DNA of 26,973 bases from a virus. Lineage: Duplodnaviria > Caudoviricetes. The notes under the pieces are model-generated. The model searched no databases. It was not told where the DNA came from and saw only the letters and a program-made list of their open reading frames with translations. How positions within the stretch are numbered: position 1 is the first letter of the stretch; every line of letters begins with the position of its first letter. A program made the position numbers and the translations under genes. This document shows positions 25,133 through 26,973 of the stretch, piece by piece. The stretch is taken from positions 1 to 26,973 of the IMG/VR virus record IMGVR_UViG_3300022178_000845; one strand, given 5' to 3'.

Positions 25133-25168
25133 GAAAAGAACTGGACGTGAACCTTTGTTCGTGCCAGT
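25133..25168 (-). terminator. Imperfect hairpin plus U-rich tail between the terminator-protein and tube genes
   Basis: Minus strand ACTGGCACGAAC-AAAG-GTTCACGTCCAGT then TCTTTTC. Confidence 0.35.
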
Positions 25169-25173
25169 ATTTT

Positions 25174-25626
25174 CTAGTAGCGGACCTCTACGAGCATTTC
25201 AGCTACTCCTAAGGGGTCCAATACACCTTCGTCAGTGTCAATACTGATGATTGTGATCTGATGTGTATACTGCGTCGCACCTGTGCGATCTGTATACTGT
25301 AAACGTGAATTTTCTTCTAGTACGGTCTCTACGTCTTCAAGCAGCTCATCTAGAGCTTCTATAGCGTCTTCACGCTGAACGTAACACCTAAAAGTAACAG
25401 ATAAAAACCTGTCTTTGTATCCTCCAGTCTGATACTCTCTAGTCTCAGAACCGGCATTTAGGTGAACTGCAGGAAATTCCTCCACTTCATCCCAAAACTT
25501 TAAACGAGGAGATACATTTTCTTGTAGATCTGACAGAAAAGGTGGTGCCCCATTTATATCTTTTAACTTCTCTACAAGGGCTGTTATTATTCCTAGTCGT
25601 CTTGTTGTATATTGTCTTTCCGACAT
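25174..25626 (-). CDS. Tail terminator protein (T5 p142-like)
   Basis: Acidic 150 aa; LKFWDEVEEFPAVHL..ETREY and IDTDEGVL.P.G; directly upstream of the tube gene. Confidence 0.8.
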   Translation of the reverse strand: MSERQYTTRRLGIITALVEKLKDINGAPPFLSDLQENVSPRLKFWDEVEEFPAVHLNAGSETREYQTGGYKDRFLSVTFRCYVQREDAIEALDELLEDVETVLEENSRLQYTDRTGATQYTHQITIISIDTDEGVLDPLGVAEMLVEVRY

Positions 25627-26924
25627 TAAACTCTCCTAGTGTAGAATCGTGTCATGGCCATCTGTACCGCTATCTCGCGAATAGAGCCATCTATTAGTTT
25701 TCGAGGATCGCGCTCTAGGCTGCCCTGCTTATTTCCTACTTCAAATGTTCTGTAATTACTATCATAAGTGTACCCAATGCTTGAAAAGCCTTTGGGTGTT
25801 TGAGCTATGTCTGTAACTCTTGCACTAGAGGCGAGCCTACCTGTTTGAAGATTTAGGGCAGGACTCTGCATATTCTTTGCCACTGTCTGAGGCAACATAG
25901 CGTTAAACTGTGCTATCATCTGTAAAGGGCTAAAGGTCTGCGCTGTTTTAGTTGTCCTTCTAGATCCTGTAGTTAAGGCCTTTCTACGTAAACGACTTCC
26001 TGCGGAACTAACTTTAGGGTTTATGCGCTTTGTATTCTTACTCTTGGAGTGTTTAATTTTAAGCTGCTTACTTACTTTTGTGCCTTTAGTATTTCTAAAA
26101 GGGTCGATAATATCATTAATAAGCTCTTTTTCAAATATCTGAGTAAAAGAGTCTGACCCAGGTAGGCCCGCTAGGGGAGTACCTTTATCTAGTTTTCTCA
26201 GAGCCTTTTCTAGTATTCTTAATAGCTTCGTTTTCTTAGCGCCTGAAATCCCTCCTTCTTGTGCGTTAGCTCTTTGTGAACCTAGGAACACTTCCATTGT
26301 ACCTGTCTTTGTATCACGTATTAGATCAAGACTAAAGCCTGATTTCTTAAGCCATGCAGTTAACTGTTTTTTTGTAATCTCTTCCTCTTCTAACAAAGCA
26401 TTATCAATAGCGTCTCTTGTCTGAGACTCTGCGATACCTCTGAGATGATTATGCTCTAAATTCCAGAGCTTCTTAGGTTCTATATCAGTGGAAGCTCCTA
26501 AAACCTCTTTGATTACGCTATTTAAAGCACTTGCTGTATTTTTATATTCATCAGTATACGTCTTACGTATCTGCGTAAATCTATCTTGTCCTGTTGCGCT
26601 GAAAGTAGCTTCTATTCTTGAAGGCGTAAACTTAACAAGTCTTACTCCGGAGTCTCTAGCCGCGATGACTCGTATAGCTTTACCACTTACACGAATCAAC
26701 TTTCGTACAGCAGTATCAACCTTCTTAAGAACTGCGGATATATCTTTCTCAGATATGTCTTGAAAATTCTTTTTTAATCTGTCCTTTATACCCCTACGTA
26801 TAGCTCTGCGAGTTACCACAAAAGTATGGAACCTTATATTGGCTAGCTTTCTGTAATCCTCTGCGTCCACTAACATTTCATTATGTAGTTTAGTTAGTAG
26901 CGCTTTTTGAGACTTTACGCTCAT
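25626..26924 (-). CDS. Tail completion / neck protein (T5 p143-like C-terminus)
   Basis: Very basic 432 aa; C-terminal L..QTGRLASS..Y.TFE..RDPRKLID.SIREIA; lies between the connector and terminator genes. Confidence 0.65.
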   Translation of the reverse strand: MSVKSQKALLTKLHNEMLVDAEDYRKLANIRFHTFVVTRRAIRRGIKDRLKKNFQDISEKDISAVLKKVDTAVRKLIRVSGKAIRVIAARDSGVRLVKFTPSRIEATFSATGQDRFTQIRKTYTDEYKNTASALNSVIKEVLGASTDIEPKKLWNLEHNHLRGIAESQTRDAIDNALLEEEEITKKQLTAWLKKSGFSLDLIRDTKTGTMEVFLGSQRANAQEGGISGAKKTKLLRILEKALRKLDKGTPLAGLPGSDSFTQIFEKELINDIIDPFRNTKGTKVSKQLKIKHSKSKNTKRINPKVSSAGSRLRRKALTTGSRRTTKTAQTFSPLQMIAQFNAMLPQTVAKNMQSPALNLQTGRLASSARVTDIAQTPKGFSSIGYTYDSNYRTFEVGNKQGSLERDPRKLIDGSIREIAVQMAMTRFYTRRV

Positions 26925-26973
26925 TAAAAGTTTTTATACAGATCCAAGACTCTTTTAATATGGTCTGGGAACG
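26924..26973 (-). CDS. Head-tail connector / head completion protein, C-terminal fragment
   Basis: Not in the ORF track. Reads ...FPDHIKRVLDLYKNF*, with a TAATG overlap into the next gene; a typical connector C-terminus. Confidence 0.65.
   Translation of the reverse strand, partial: FPDHIKRVLDLYKNF

Noticed and set aside
937-26763. Plus-strand ORFs in the track (e.g. 5216..5599, 13585..13989, 19015..19437)
   Set aside because: They are antisense shadows of long minus-strand genes; the Pro-rich ones mirror Gly codons, and I recognised no motifs.

Overview
This window is the tail-morphogenesis region of a tailed dsDNA phage; every credible gene is on the minus strand. From right to left (26973 to 10775) it follows the T5-like (Demerecviridae-type) siphophage order: head-tail connector (partial), tail completion protein, tail terminator, tail tube protein, baseplate-proximal tube protein, two tail assembly chaperones, tape measure protein, Dit, a very large Tal/central fibre and a collar-like protein. 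The two chaperones are probably joined by a +1 frameshift at UUU_CGC. A perfect TTGACA-17-TATAAT promoter precedes the collar gene and an unusual ~11 kb side-fibre region. After two fibre-stem genes, that region holds at least five tandem three-gene modules: [adaptor/fibre ending in a conserved '...GW' domain] - [variable tip protein starting with a short peptide plus poly-Gly linker] - [small chaperone ending AYRVLLRDWPSTEDFP]. The tips are two Gly-rich adhesin-like proteins, a 5-repeat beta-propeller, another beta-rich protein and one truncated gene. Near-identical DNA blocks at module junctions, and terminal peptide motifs whose counts match repeated domains, suggest a modular, branched, recombination-shuffled multi-adhesin fibre. 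T5 assignments rest on synteny, size and remembered motifs, not on database searches.
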